Source: Heptranchias perlo
Lineage: Eukaryota
Direction of reading: 5' to 3'
Assembly (NCBI RefSeq): GCF_035084215.1
Contig: NC_090345.1
Coordinates: 33,542,001 to 33,606,000 of the forward strand
DNA: 64,000 bases
Below are positions 23,166 to 36,679 of the stretch, in pieces (the first letter of the stretch is position 1; each line of letters starts with the position of its first letter). Position numbers and translations under genes: made by a program. The notes below the pieces were generated by a model. It did no database searches. It saw nothing but the letters and a program-made list of their open reading frames with translations, and was not told where the DNA came from.

Positions 23166-24071
23166 AAACTTTTCACATCACTCTTCAAGTAGACAAAATA
23201 ATAAAAAGATTGTAATTCTAAGAACTAAGATGAGCCTTTGCAGATATTTTCTGTGCTGTACGTTCTATGTAATTCTATGAAAGAATGGAGCTATTCATTT
23301 AATGAGGCTTTGGTGTCATTTCTATGCCTTGTAGACTAACGCACAGTGCTAAATCCAATTTTTCAGTATATGAAAAAAGGAAGTATTTAATACATGACCA
23401 CAGTATTGGATACAACTATAATGTTTAGTTTTGTGACATTTTGCTTAATTTACAGTGGAAATGTAAAATTCTATCGTTTAAACCTGTGTTAACTATTAGT
23501 TGGCCAGTTCAGTCCATTGACTTTATCAGGAGGAAAGAAAAGATCTGGAAAAATATTTTTTTTTTAGCGGCATCAAATAAAATGTGACAGTGTAATGATT
23601 ATATTTTTGGTGTGTTAAGTACCAGCAACACTGCTTCATTAAGAAGAATCAATCCACACACATTAGTCTATCACTACTGAGATCATCTTACAAGTGGCCT
23701 AATGAAGGCACTATGCTAATGAGTCTCGTGTTTGTTTTAACAAAAAAAACAAAGGCTATCATCCTCCAAGAGACAAAAATTGAGCCAGACAGTTTTCTCA
23801 TCTTTTAAAGGATCAAAATTGTCCATTTAAGGCGTATAGCAAACTTTTTTCTTACTGGTACACGAGATGTAAATGACTTTATCCATGATGCAGTTACATC
23901 ATTCATATCACCAAGCACGTCTCCACAATAAAAATTAAAGCACATAAAAAAATGGAACAAGTCCCAACAACAGCTGCATGGAGAAAGCTCACACTGCCAT
24001 AGATAACTTATCTGCAAATGTTCACAGCAGCCCAATACGATGGCTCCAAAACATAATTGAGAGAACAGTCT

Positions 24072-24410
24072 GGGGTCAATTTTAACCGTGGACTGGCGAC
24101 AGGCAGTGCAATAGTTTGCTTCGCCCGCCCAATGTCCTTGGCGCAACACCCAAATCACTTTGAAGGCCAAGCCTCGTCAACATTTGATCAGCAGGCAGTT
24201 TGCCGACCGGGATGCGCAGAAAATTTGGCGGCTCCTCCGCGGAGCTGAGCCGAAATAATGCATTAAAGGGGCTGGACGGTGTCAGTTGTTGAGGAGAGGG
24301 GTGCAGGTGGACTAGAAGATTATTGTGGGGCCAGCAGGAGCATTCATACTCCTTCTGCCCCACAGAAATCTTTCTCTGTCTGATTCCAGTACGGGGTTAA
24401 AATTGACAGC
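24072..24410. mobile_element. Harbinger-type MITE
   Basis: GGGGTCAATTTTAACC...GGTTAAAATTGAC inverted termini. Confidence 0.55.
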
Positions 24411-25797
24411 AAAGTGTTCTCACAATTATGTTTTGGAGCCATCGTATTGGACTGCTATGAACATTTGCAGATGTGTTGTCTATGGCAGTGTGAGCTGCCT
24501 GCAGAGGTCCCTTTAAGGACTGCTAGTTGATCTATGCCTGGTACCAATGGGTGGAGTGTGCTCCGTTCATTCATGCCTCAAAAATGCATTACGGTCCTAT
24601 GTTCGCTATTGGACCCCAATTAGCATATTGAAAGTAAGTTCCCATCTGAAACAGAAGGGCATTGGGCCGCAAATCTGAGGGCTCCAACAAAAATGGTGGC
24701 AGCCATACTGAGAGTAGTAATGGCGCAATAAGTGGTGCACTGCAATTTTCAGCAGTTTTAATAAAGGTGTTTGTCCATATTTATGTAACATACCATGGTC
24801 ATATTGTCCATCCAGTGGTCCATTGTTTGGCTATGGGCTCATTCCTGAAAATAGAGGTGCACCAGTCCTTGACTCAAGGTTGAACCTGATTTACGTGCTA
24901 TATGGCTTGTAATTTTGTTCATTCTGGATTGGGTATAGTATATTGAGAGAAGAGTACCTTAGCTTTTGAGAGTGGCATCTGTTATCATGGGAAGAAAAGG
25001 TGATTGAGTTGTAAAACATGTTGGCCAGAACACGTGTCATCCAAAATAACTGTTTTGAAGTAAGATGTTTACTCAGGGCACCCACAGTCCTCTTCTCCAG
25101 AGACTTTGAAGCAAATGCACTGGCATTGAGGTACAAGTGTGTTTTGAGCATCTACTGATGCTGAGATTTTATTTAAAAGGTTGGTGAAAGACTTCAGCTC
25201 ACAGAAAAGCCTAATACTTTCTTCCCAACTATATTGAAGGGAAGATTTGCACTGCGCAGATATAGCAAAGTCATAAATCCATTCTTTATAAACAGCTTTA
25301 CAACTTCACTACAGCTAGCACATAAATAATGGGGCAAGAGTTCCTTTAAGTAGATCAGTCCCTCTGCTGACTGCAGTATTCCCCTGCAGACCTGACATAT
25401 TTGTGTTTCACTGATTTTGACCTTAGATCCAATCTGGATGGTTATATGTGGTAAGATGAGACATATTAGATTGTGCAAGGACTGATTTTTAGTGCTTGAT
25501 GATTCCTGTTCAACAGAAAAAAAAAATCAAAAACACCAGCTGACTTCACTTGGTGGAAATGGAAAAAAATAAGAAACTCTTCCAAAAGACACTAAAAGCT
25601 TACTGATGGTTAGAGCAGGCAATGCCATAAAGACGACAAAACTGGAAGCTGCAAACTTATCTAATAATTGATTTAATGGGAAAGAAAAGAATCTGAACTC
25701 TTCCCTGGTATTAATAAGATGCTGCTGCCAATGATGGAAAAAAAATTGTAAACAATTTTACAACACCAAGTTATAGTCCAACAATTTTATTTTAAAA

Positions 25798-25836
25798 TCC
25801 ACAAGCTTTCGGAGGCTTCTTCCTTCCTCAGGTGAA
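25798..25836 (-). ncRNA. Minimal hammerhead ribozyme (mirror copy, one mismatch in stem II)
   Basis: Reverse complement: UUCAC CUGAGGA A GGAAG AAG CCUCC GAAAGCUU GUGGA. Confidence 0.65.
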
Positions 25837-25838
25837 CA

Positions 25839-25877
25839 TTCACCTGAGGAAGGAGGAAGCCTCCGAAAGCTTGTGGA
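25839..25877 (+). ncRNA. Minimal type I hammerhead ribozyme
   Basis: UUCAC-CUGAGGA-A-GGAGG(AAG)CCUCC-GAAA-GC-UU-GUGGA. Conserved core, stem II, palindromic AAGCUU stem III and stem I UUCAC/GUGGA. Confidence 0.75.
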
Positions 25878-26869
25878 TTTTAAAATAAAATTGTTGGACT
25901 ATAACTTGGTGTTGTAAAATTGTTTACAATTGTCAACCCCAGTCCATCACCGGCATCTCCACATCATGGAAAAAAAATGACTGAAAGCTAAGACTTATAT
26001 GTAATATGGGAACAGGGGATTATCATTTGGATCTCATGAAGATACTCAAGTTGTTATAGAGATGATTGTTCCATGCTGGATAGAATTGCTGTCTCATGAT
26101 AAATGAGGAGGATAGAATAAATAAGATCAGTGTTGAAAAGGCAAACATTTACAATCCATAGCTCACAATTACAATCAGCAAGCCAAAACATTTATGATTT
26201 ATGTCATGACAGGATCGTTTCAAGATCAAACATTTTGTACCAATGAACTTGCTATACTTTACTTATCCAACATCACTTTTCAGTAGAGCAGCATATTGCA
26301 CCAGAGTGCTTATCAAGGCAAGGGATGATGGTGCTAAATAATGAGATGAGACCTAACGGCTGTGTTACATTTAAGGAATGAGTGCAAATGAAAGACATTA
26401 AACAATGCCACATCACAAAAGCTGGCAGTAATGCTCTGGTTTCCTCTGTTGACTATCAAAATGCTCATCCATAGTACTCAGCGTGTGGCTCACTTCATTC
26501 AGCCACACAGACTTCAATCCACTTACTGATTCAAAAGGAACTCACCACAGGTAAGTATACAGGACAGTTGGATGCACTTTGATTACAGGGATGCTGTGCT
26601 GGCTTCAGCTGTTATACTAGAATCGGACAGCATTTGAGCCAGATGCCTCAGTGAATGCAAAAAAGATGAATGGAAAAGTGCTTTGGCTATATTGGATTTT
26701 GGCACCAAATTCATAGTTCTCTCAGTGTATGCTCAGCATGAAAATCCTCATATGTAATAAGAGTATAAATTATAAATTAATAACAAATGATGGTGAAAGT
26801 GAGAATGAAAAAAATGGAGGATGTGAATCAGTTGTTCTTATAGGTATTAGGGTTCGGATATAAGGAGCA

Positions 26870-28260
26870 TCATTTTGAAATTTGCTGACCACATAAAAGT
26901 AGGGTGCTTGGCAAACAGTAAGGAGTACCGGAAAAGACTTCAGGAGGACACAGACAGATTAATCCAATGGGCAGACAGGTGGCAGATGCAATTTGATGTT
27001 AAGTGTGCATTAATATATATTCTGGGGGAGGGGGGGGGGGAGGAGAACAAGGAATAGAAGTATACAGTCAATGGAAAGATGCTCAAAGTGTGAGTTCAGG
27101 TGGATAAAGCCATAAAAAGAAGATTTTATAAATGGGGCATAGAGTACAAGAGCACAGAGTGGGTGCAGAAGATTTTGGAGAGGCATAGGGAACAACCAGA
27201 AGTCATGTTGGAACCAATGACATAAGAAGGCATAGAACTGAGTGCTCGCATAGGAAATTTCACAAATTAAACAGCAGATGCTCAGGGGTAGCGATCTCAG
27301 GAGTACGCCCATTGCCATGCCCTATTGGATATATGAATAGTAAGATAAGAAAGGTAAATGAGTGGCTAGTGGACTTTGGGACTAGTTCTAGAACAACTAT
27401 GGTCTGTACAGGTTGGATGGGCGTCTCCTGAATAGGGCTGGGACCAAGCCGTTGGTGGGAGAGTAGCTAGTGCTGTGGGGAAGTGGTTTAAATTAATATG
27501 ACAGGAGAAAGGAAAAAACAAGAGGAAGCAGAAAGGAAAACAAAAAGTATAATGGGTGTAGGAAAGGAAGAATAGAAAAATCTGAAAGTAGTAAAGAACA
27601 GATCAGAGTGAGGAGGAATTAGAAAGAATAAGATTACCAAACAGTTGAGAGTCAGGATTGAATGTATGTGAATGCACAAATTATTCAAAGCAAAATTGGG
27701 CAGTTAGAAGCATTAAGAACTGAAGCGGTATAATAAATTAGCTAAATGGAAAGGAATGGGAAACTATTCTTGGTTATAACATTTTCAGGAGAAATAGGGA
27801 AAAAGGGAGTGGATGGCAGCACTAAAAAAGGGTTCTAACAAAGCACTGGAATGTTCTAGGGAATTGCCTTAAGACAGAATCCACATGGAGAGAATTTATG
27901 AATGGGAGGAGAAATTCTACATGTGCATTTTACATTTACAATTCTAAATGTGCATTACAAGCCAACAAACAGTGGAGATAAGATATGGGGAAAATTTGTG
28001 GGCAGCTCAGAGAGATGTGCAAGAGCTAGGATATAAATATCCCAAAATACACTGGTGAAAAAATGAGAAAAAAAATGTTTTCAAATGTATTCAAGGTTTC
28101 CTCCTGGATCAGTAGGTTTCTAATCCAAAAAAGAAGAATTGCTTAATTGAGTTCTGGGAAATGAAGTGGAACAGATAACCGGTGCAACAGTAGAACAATT
28201 GGGAAATAACAATCACAATATAGTTAGATTCAAGATGAAAGCATAAAAGGATAATCAGGT
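26870..28260 (+). mobile_element. Highly degenerate CR1 pieces (RT remnant, then ORF1 end and APE domain)
   Basis: KFADH..LQEDTDRLIQWADRWQMQF. LYRLDG..ASAVG..GLN* at 27400-27496. YVNAQII..GYNIFR remnants. Confidence 0.7.
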
Positions 28261-29399
28261 CTAAATTTCACTATAGCCCCGGATGCAGCTCCAGAATAAC
28301 AGCAGTAAGGGAACCAGAAAATGGATCTTTTTTTTCTGTCTTGTAGAGAGAAGTCTGAGAAATTCTGGTGGAGGACAGATCTCCTGCCTGCCATATCATG
28401 TGTTGGGAGAGTTCTCGGTCTTCTGCAGGATATTCTACCCCGTATGCCACTCGAGGGAATTAATTATCTTGGAGAGATGGCTTGACACCTCCTTTGGGAA
28501 CTGAAGGCTTCTGCAGCCTTTTTTTTCTGTTTGGCCCTTTCTTGGGCCTCTTCTGCTGCATTAGAGTGACATTGCAGTACTGCATCAGGGTGGGTGTCAA
28601 TGCTGCTCCCTTGCAGGCCTGCAATTTGGGACAGGGTCAGTGTCCCTCACAGTTAGTGCACCTAGGCACTGTTCCGCCACACTTCTGCTGGCAAAGGTCA
28701 GTGAGAGATGAAGGGATCTGGCCCAAATTAACAGGGCAGAAAAATTAGCAAACAGGAGAAAAGATCAACAGTGGCATATCTTCAAATACAAGATGAACAT
28801 CCACCTATGTTATGTCATGCGATCCAATCTTATGGGTTAATCTCCTTGGTGGCACTGTATCAAAAGCTTTGCTGCGATTTAAATTAACAACATGCACCAA
28901 GTGTCCTCTGCCCACAACGTTTGTTATCTCCTCAAAGAACTCTGACATTTGTCAGCACGATCGCCCTCCCATAAACCATGCTGGCTCCGTACAGCTCAAG
29001 GTGATTCATCATGGAAAAAGTACAGCGTAGATGCAGCAGCAGATTACATAATGAGGATAATGGTATATTATTTACACTCCTTGATTCACCTTTACTAAAC
29101 CAGTGCCAGTGCCAGTGCACTTTAGCCTCAACCTTGAAAGAAAGCTTTTCTTTCCCCAAGAGGATCAGAGTGAAATTTCCATTCTCCGAATATTTTTTCC
29201 TTGACATCATAGAAACTGCCAAGTTAAGTGCTACATTTGGAGCAGTTTTGCCAAGTAGATTGTGGCTGCTGGAATTCACTTCACTTGCAATTTAAAATAA
29301 CATAGTCATCAAAGCAGAAACTGTCATCTCTTTCTCAGGGCTTTATTAACCTACAGATGAAAGGGCAGCCTTTAAAATACTTTTTAAGACTTAAAGAAT

Positions 29400-29780
29400 T
29401 GAGTGGTGTAGTGTTTTAGAACACTGTCTTTTCACCTCTGGGATCTGGGCTCAAATAGAGCTTAGCATGAATGGATGAAAATCTTCACTTTCTAACAGTT
29501 GTTAAGGCCCCCAAAATAAATGAGTTTGGATGTCTCAACTTACTCAGCTCCCAATGGACCTAAGCCCAAAGCCCAATACTGACCATAATTCAAAACTAAT
29601 TGGCAGGAATTGAGCAATTTCACATTGCGAAGCGATAAGGATGACTGGTGTGGGAAATACAAATGGTACAGTAAGAGGTGATTTTGCGAGTTTGATTTTA
29701 AGGCATATTGTTTGGTGCAGTGTAGAGAGATCTCTAAATTGTACCTAACTCACACTGCACTAGGTCAATAACGGCTAGAA
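29400..29780 (+). mobile_element. LF-SINE-like ancient SINE
   Basis: ttttcacctctgggatctgggctcaaat...aaatgagtttgg..tctca..aatggac...actaattggca resembles the recalled LF-SINE consensus blocks. Confidence 0.55.
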
Positions 29781-30234
29781 AGTTCAATTCCCCAATGCTC
29801 CCCTTCAGAACTTGAAAAGCACACAAATTTACAAATACATTAAACTTTAAGACTCTGAACTATCGAATCCCTAGTGCCAGTATATTTTTACATCTCACGT
29901 TTTCATAAGTCTTTAATTAAATGTAAAAAATGAACATAATTCTGAAAATAATTGGTTTACTCAACAGTGCAACATAATGGAAAAAAACAATTAATTTATA
30001 GTTGAAAAAAAATAGCTCACCATGGTGCATCCCTCATTGTTACTTAGAATGAAGCAATAAGGAATTCCTTGTTCATTAGTTATCATCTTAAGACCAGTCA
30101 TATACATAACAGTTGCATTATGTTAAAAGTCTTTAAAATTTGTTTTCTATGAGTCAACAGTTTACTGCATTAGCAAATGTGTGGAATATAATAATTGTAG
30201 CTGAATTCAATACCATTGGGTGGCATTAATTGTT

Positions 30235-30600
30235 ACTATTGGGTTCAAGCACCACTCTAGGACTTGAGCACATAATCTAGGCTGACACTTTCAGATAAGA
30301 CATTAAACTGAGGTCCTATCTGCCTGCTCAGGTAGATCTAAAAGATCCCATAGCACTATTTGAAGAGGAGCAAGGAGCTCTCCTGATTGTCTTGGCTAAC
30401 ATTTCCCCCTCAACAAATACCACCAAAAATAAATTGTCCAGTCATTCATTACCGTTGTGGGACCTTACTGTGTGCAAATTGGTTGCTGTGTTTGCCTACA
30501 TAATAACAATGGCTATAGTTCAAAAGTAACCTATTGGCTACTAGAGCTTTGAGACATCCTGAGAACATAAGATGTAACATAAATTCAAGTTCTTCTTTTA
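30235..30600 (+). mobile_element. DeuSINE (SacSINE1-like), internally deleted
   Basis: gggttcaagc..acttgagcacataatctaggctgacact..aaagatcccatagcactatttgaagaggagc. Homologous to 13846-14290. Confidence 0.75.
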
Positions 30601-30659
30601 CTACATACTTTTATTAAATATTTTGCAATTGTCTCAGATGATCATTTTTAAGAATTATT

Positions 30660-31010
30660 TTCAGTGGATCAGTGAATAAATGCACAGTGTGCTGTGGTAC
30701 TGAACCGTACAGACTAGGAAAGTCCCAGATTAGATCCCTGGTCTACGTTGCGTCAGCTCATCTCAGTTAAGGAACCCACGGGACATGCAAGTTCAATATG
30801 CCTGGGCTAGGAAGGGGAACAAAATTCATTCTGTTTTTCTACTCCTCATTGCTATCCAGTGGCCCCTGCTGTAAAGAGAACACATGTAGGCACCAGGTGA
30901 GGACAGGATCAGCTGATACCCACTCTCAAGACTCACACATGAAGGATGGCCACTTGGGTGGGGTATTGGTTGTTTGATGGTATCCATAGATCGGTTGAAA
31001 TGTATAAGTG
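30660..31010 (+). mobile_element. Ancient tRNA-derived SINE (AmnSINE2/UCON3-like)
   Basis: ggtactgaaccgtacagactaggaaagtcccagattagatccctggtct..agctcatctcag. Family assignment is from memory. Confidence 0.45.
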
Positions 31011-32319
31011 AATGCATTGAGGGGAAAATCAGCAAAAAAACAGCATGCTGGAGACAGCTGAACAAAGTTATTTACAATAATTCCATTAAAATAGCCGCAT
31101 CAGTATAAAAGTAGAGCTTGCCCTAAGAAATATCTAAAACTTTATCTTTTCTTGAATTACTGCGTTTTACAGGACTGCCCAAATATTTTTCCACAGATTT
31201 ATTTTCAGTTCATAACAGCCTGCTACAAGTTCATTCAATAATCTAAACAAAGTACTTAAAGAGTTGTGTTTCTCACCCTTTGTTACAAGTTGGAATAACA
31301 TTAGTTATTTTCCAATTAACTAGTACTACCCTGGTGTTTAATGAGCTATGAAAAATTCTAGTTACCACTTCCTTACTCTTATTTCCTTAAGTATTCAGGA
31401 TTTTTTTTCCTTTTAGTTCTGCTGCGCTATGTACATTTAATTGATCCACTTTGAGTCCTTCATTACAAGTTCTTATTTTCTTCTTCTCCAACTATTGGAA
31501 AAGGAATGTGCTTAAAACTGTTTAAAAGAAACGTTTAATTTTTGGGCACTTTCCTCTCTCACTATCTCATTTTTCTTACCCTTAAAAGGGCCCTGCTTGT
31601 TCACGAATACATTGCTTACCATGAATATACCACCCAAAATCCCTTTGTCCCAATTTTCTCTTTTCATCCAAGATTATCTTGAGTGGTATTTAATTTAGTT
31701 TTATATATTATCCAATCTCCTTCCCCATTTCCTTAAGAATGTCTTTAGACTATAACTTTAGTGTTAAGGTTTTCCACTTCACAGCAACTCTACAGCCTGG
31801 AGTGAAACAATGTGAGATTTCCATGAGGGAGTAGTCTCACACTAGTCGGATTTCACACGGCATTGAGTAAATTCAGTGTGATTTCACATCGCGTTCCATT
31901 AGGCCTTCAGGACAAAGCTACATAGAGTTAAATAGTGTGGATACTGCCAGTACGGGTCAGAATATCTCTGACCTGCGCTCCCATCTAACACAACTCAGCT
32001 CTAGAAGTGCAGGATATTACATTTTAACTGCAAGAAGAGCTTCTCTCATTTGCAAAGCCCTTTCCTGGGCAGAAGAACTGGAATTCCAGGTAGGCAGGAA
32101 CCAGGCTATTTAAAGAGAGTACCGCTAGCTGGAGTCCATACTCCCCTCACAATATTACTAATTTTCATATTTAATGATCTACCTCTACCATTTGATATTT
32201 ATTGTCTTCTTCTATATTGTATATATGCAATCCCTGGTTACCTTAGATGAATGTTACTGGGCCACCAGTGTCACAAACAACCCAATTCATTCAATGACAA
32301 TAAATCCATGACACACATT

Positions 32320-33096
32320 AGCCCAGAACTTGCTTAAAAAAGAACAGCGAGCTCAACAGCGCTCACCATTATTAATGGCAAAAATCGAGGAGCAAGTTCC
32401 ATCATTGGCCCATGCACAGTCAAACATTGAAATCCGGAACTTGCTCCACCTGGTTCACCAGCGATATGACAGCTTTGCATTAAAGGGATATCACCGGCTG
32501 GAATCAACAGAATCAATGGACCAGCATCAACTGCTCTTCTGCCCAGCTGGAAGGTAACTAACCAAAATGGCCACAAAACAGGTACGCTTAAAAATACCAG
32601 GTCTAAACTAAGATATAACAGTCTTAGTGACTGCCAAACAACTAAAATGAACTTTTAAAAATGTGGGAGTCTCATTACTCCTTATTTTAATAGTTTTTGG
32701 TCTTTAAAAAAAAATTAAAATGTTTTAAACTTTTTCCTTCTATCTCTTATATAATTTGATTATTTCTTACCCTCTTTCTCCCCCCCCCCCCCCCCCTACC
32801 ACTGTCTATAACTGTTTTAAAACAAATGATTTCAGTGTTGTAGCTTTCACTTCCTGGATTTTACATTCCAAGCCTGCAGAAACTCTTTGCAGCTTGCCAA
32901 AAATGCTGCAATCTGATTGATCGAGAGGAGAGAGTGATCCTCTCCCTTCTCCCATGGATCCTAGCTTCGCTGGAGCTAACACTGGGCTCTTCTCGGCTTC
33001 CTATAAGAGGAAGTGCACACAGTAAGTTAGTGGGTTGGTGTAAATATGTGGAGCGACGAGCACTGTTGGTTCACCACGCCGAGCAATTTCTGGGCC
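32320..33096 (+). mobile_element. Non-autonomous Harbinger-type element
   Basis: TIRs GCCCAGAACTTGC/GCAATTTCTGGGC. Interior is related to 33523-34150 and 35887-36679. Confidence 0.65.
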
Positions 33097-33522
33097 AATA
33101 ACATCATGTCAAAGATTGAAATTGTGGCATCTATGATAGGATGAGATTAATTTTTTCACATCCAGACCTTGAATGCTCCAAAATGGATGCTGGGATCTGA
33201 GAGGCTGAGAAAGAAAGGTAATGTATTTTTCAAGAAAAAAGGTTAAAAAAATAAGAGGATGGGGAGTATTAAATTGACAAAAGTAAAATTCAAATAATAA
33301 AAAGAGATAGAGAGAATGACAAAGAAAGAGAATGGGAAAGGGAAGCCAGGAGGACCACAATAAAAGTGTTTCATTTTAATTTGTTTTTTACTTAGGATTC
33401 TTTGTCAATTGTTTATTTTTGTAGTCCTGGGTTCATATTATGGTAAAAAAAAACTCAGTATTTTTCTTACCGTGATAGGAGGATTTGTTTCAGTATGACA
33501 TTGTGTGAGTTGAAAACATAAT

Positions 33523-34150
33523 GGGCCCAATTTTGCTCTAAAAATAACGGTAAGCCTAACAGCGCTCACCGTTATTTCAGTGCAAATGGAAGAGCAACTT
33601 CTGGTGACTACACATGCGCAGTTAAACACGGAAATCCGGAAGTTGCTCTACCAGATACTCTGCTCCTCCGTAAGCTTCATAGGAAAGACATCTCACCGGC
33701 TGGCTTACTGTTGAAATGACTGCAACAGCGTGAAGTTCTGCACTGCCCTGATGGAAACGAATCTCACCAGAAAAAGCTACGCCAAGTTTTTTTTTTAAAG
33801 TGTAACCAAAATTTTTAAGTCATGGTAAGTCTTAATGTCTGCCAAACAACCTCTCTGGCACTGAAAATTTACAAGTGTGGAGTTTCATTCCTTCACACTT
33901 TGATTGTTGTTGGGACATTTAAAAATACACTTTCATTTTTATACTTTTTATTTGTCCCTTTTATCTCTGTCTTTTAATTCAATATTTCTTACCCTCTCTT
34001 TATTTCACTTTCTGTAACTGATTTTACATTGAATTCACTATTCTAACTTACACTTCCTGGTTCAGTGCCTGTGCTGCTTATTAACATGCTTCAATCTGAT
34101 TGGATAAGTGGATACACAGTTCCTTGCCCTGGTGACACAGGCCCCAGACG
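33523..34150 (+). mobile_element. Non-autonomous Harbinger-type element, 3'-truncated
   Basis: gggcccaattttgctctaaaaataacgg..aacagcgctcaccg matches the reverse complement of 36630-36679. Confidence 0.6.
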
Positions 34151-35886
34151 CTGAATTGAAGACCTGACAATTTTAAGTTCATAACCCCTTGACATTGGCT
34201 CCCATTCCGAAGAAATTGTTTTTCTCCTATTCACTCTATCAAACCCTTCATAATTTAAAAAAAAACTTCCACTAAATCTCCTCTTGGACTTCTCTGCTCC
34301 ATTCCAGGCTGGAAGTTCTTGATTAATTTGTAAATGGGTTGACCTCGGAAGATTGTGCAAGGCTGGTCTTTCAAATCAGCGGCAAGCACAACACTCACTA
34401 TAAGTCCTGCTAACTCAGTGCAGGTATTTGTTGAAACATTGAGCTCAATCTATGAGGATAGTGACATATGTGATTCTCTTGCATCTCCACAAGTGGCAAT
34501 AGCTTGTCCACTTTCGTAAGAACATCTTAGAATTTTATGTCTACTTGTCTTTAAACTACTTGGGGGAGAAATTCAACATCATTGTGTCCGTTTTACCATC
34601 GTAAAACGGGTGCAACGATGACAAATTTAGCAAAGAGGCAGATCGATCTGCACGTGTGTTCCGGCTGCTAAAATTGTCAGTGTCTTTTTTTTAAGGCAGT
34701 CCTGGCTGAAATGAGGTCCTGCACCCATTTCAGGACTTCATCAAGACTAATGCACCGTGCATTCTCAGACCAGTCTTTGCAGTTCTACAGTAGCCAAAGC
34801 AACACTCTTTAAAAGGGACTGCCAGAGGCTGCTGAATAAAAGGTACGTACATTTTTTTAAACTTATCTCCATGTGGAACCAAGGGAATCAGGAGGGGAAC
34901 TGGCGAGGTAAGCAGCCCATATTCGATCTGGTCACACAGAGCTGCTGCCTTCTGGACACGCGATAGGCACCATTAGCTCACCCCAATCATTATAAACGCA
35001 GTCCTAGGCCCAATTTCTATCGAACCTCGGGCCTCCCGATTCAGGAATGCTCTGGAAGCACGTCATCAGTCTCTGCCTCTCACTACAGCTTCCACCCTCA
35101 GAGATGAAAGATCTTTGGCTGCCCTGTTATAGCAGCAAATCTGCCTGCTGTTACTCTTTTAGAGTTTTTATTGCGCATTTTCAATCAATTGTAGTTGGAG
35201 TAAACTGCCTGCTGTAGGTGGTAGAGTCTGAGTTCTTAATAGAGTCTGAGTTCTTCTGTGCTGGACTACTCCCCATTCCTGAGCAGGTGTGTTGCTATAG
35301 TCCAAGGTTAGTTAGTTATTATCACAAAACACAAAAAAAAAAATCAATTGCAACTTTTAACCTTGGGCTCTTGGATAGTTTATGAGTTATCAATCTCTCC
35401 TTCTGTTAACTAGCTTCTAATGATTGACAAATGTCACATTTCTCAATTTAAATTTTCAGTCTGCATTCATCCTTGAGCAACAGATTTGTAAAGGTTGCTT
35501 CACCAGATGAGTCCAAGAATTCAGACGTCACAGGGACTGTCTACAAATGTAGCATTAGCATTTCATGAAGTCATTTGAGAATGTGCCAAAAATTTTAAGC
35601 CATCAATGGAGGAGGCCACAACCCACAACTGAACAGTGCTGCATGGATGCCTGACTGAGCTGCATAGCGCCACGGAAAGCACAGCCATTCCATGCACTGG
35701 AAACCCCTCCCCTCTTGCCGGAGGTCCTAAGTTCAGGCATAATTTCCATAACAAGTGCTCTAATTTGTTTAATATTTTTGCATTGCATCATTGACATTTC
35801 TGGCAACTTTTCTATAAATTTAACGCTCTTAGTTGCATGTATTATATTCACTAATGGATTATGACTTCCTCCCTATAAATTTGTAT

Positions 35887-36679
35887 GGGCCATAAATGGC
35901 AAAGAGTGGCGAGGCAATGCTCACCACAGCTCCTGAGAATGTAATTAATGAAAATACTTACTGCGGGCTCTGTAGCGTCCAATTGCTTGAATTTGAATTT
36001 TAAACAAAATGTGCGCTATCAACCCAGCCTGTGAGCAGCGTGAGTTGCCGCACGGCTGGAAACATCGGAGGAGAAGACACGCCCACAAAATCGGTCAGGA
36101 AGAGAAGTCACGCCCACAGATTCAGGCTACATTGCTCAAACAGACAAGCAGACTTCATTCATTTAAAGTTAGTATTCTGGATGTCATTGTAAAAAGCAAT
36201 TTTAATTTTTTTTAAAAAAAACAAAGAAATAATTGAATTAAATTAAAGAGACAGAAGGAAAAAGTAAAAAAATGTTTTTTTTAAATGACCAAAAATTCTT
36301 AAAATAAAAGAAGTAATTTGAGACGCCACATTTTTAAAAGTTAATTTTTAGTTGTTTGGCAGTCATTAAGACTCACTGCGCTTTTAAAACTTAGTTTAGA
36401 CTTGGTATTTTTAAGCATACCTGTTTGGTGGTGTAATTAGTTACTTTCTAGCTGGGCAGATAAGCAAGTTGACGCTTTTTCAATGATTTCTCTGGTTGCA
36501 GCGTGCGGTGTCCCTTTAATTCAAAGCTGTCATATCGCCGGCAAACCACTAGGAGCAAGTTGACGATTTCCGCGTTTCACTGCGCATGTGCAAATGCGGG
36601 GACTTGCTCCTTCAATTCACCACTAAAAACCGAGAGCGCTGTTAAGCTCCTCCGTTATTTCGGGAGCGATTTCTAGCCC
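35887..36679 (-). mobile_element. Non-autonomous Harbinger-type element
   Basis: GGGCCATAAAT...ATTTCTAGCCC termini. Inverted relative of the 33523 element. Confidence 0.6.

Larger units (their letters stand above)
25747..25965. mobile_element. Penelope-like terminal-repeat insert: 93-bp inverted arms plus tail
   Basis: Arms 25744-25836 and 25839-25931 (1 mismatch, 2-nt loop). Tail gtcaaccccagtccatcaccggcatctccacatc. 13-bp TSD ATGGAAAAAAAAT at 25734-25746 and 25966-25978. Confidence 0.85.

Noticed and set aside
23342-23380. V(D)J recombination signal (CACAGTG plus 23-nt spacer)
   Set aside because: The nonamer GAAAAAAGG matches ACAAAAACC at only 5/9, and there is no adjacent V/D/J segment.
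20490-26550. Further plus-strand exon candidates (near 20490-20561, 21319, 23811, 26475-26550)
   Set aside because: Weak splice signals or incompatible phase and no recognisable peptide. Expected by chance in AT-rich DNA.
28300-28700. Possible Penelope ORF remnant on the minus strand
   Set aside because: Too decayed to support by motif; needs a repeat-library search.
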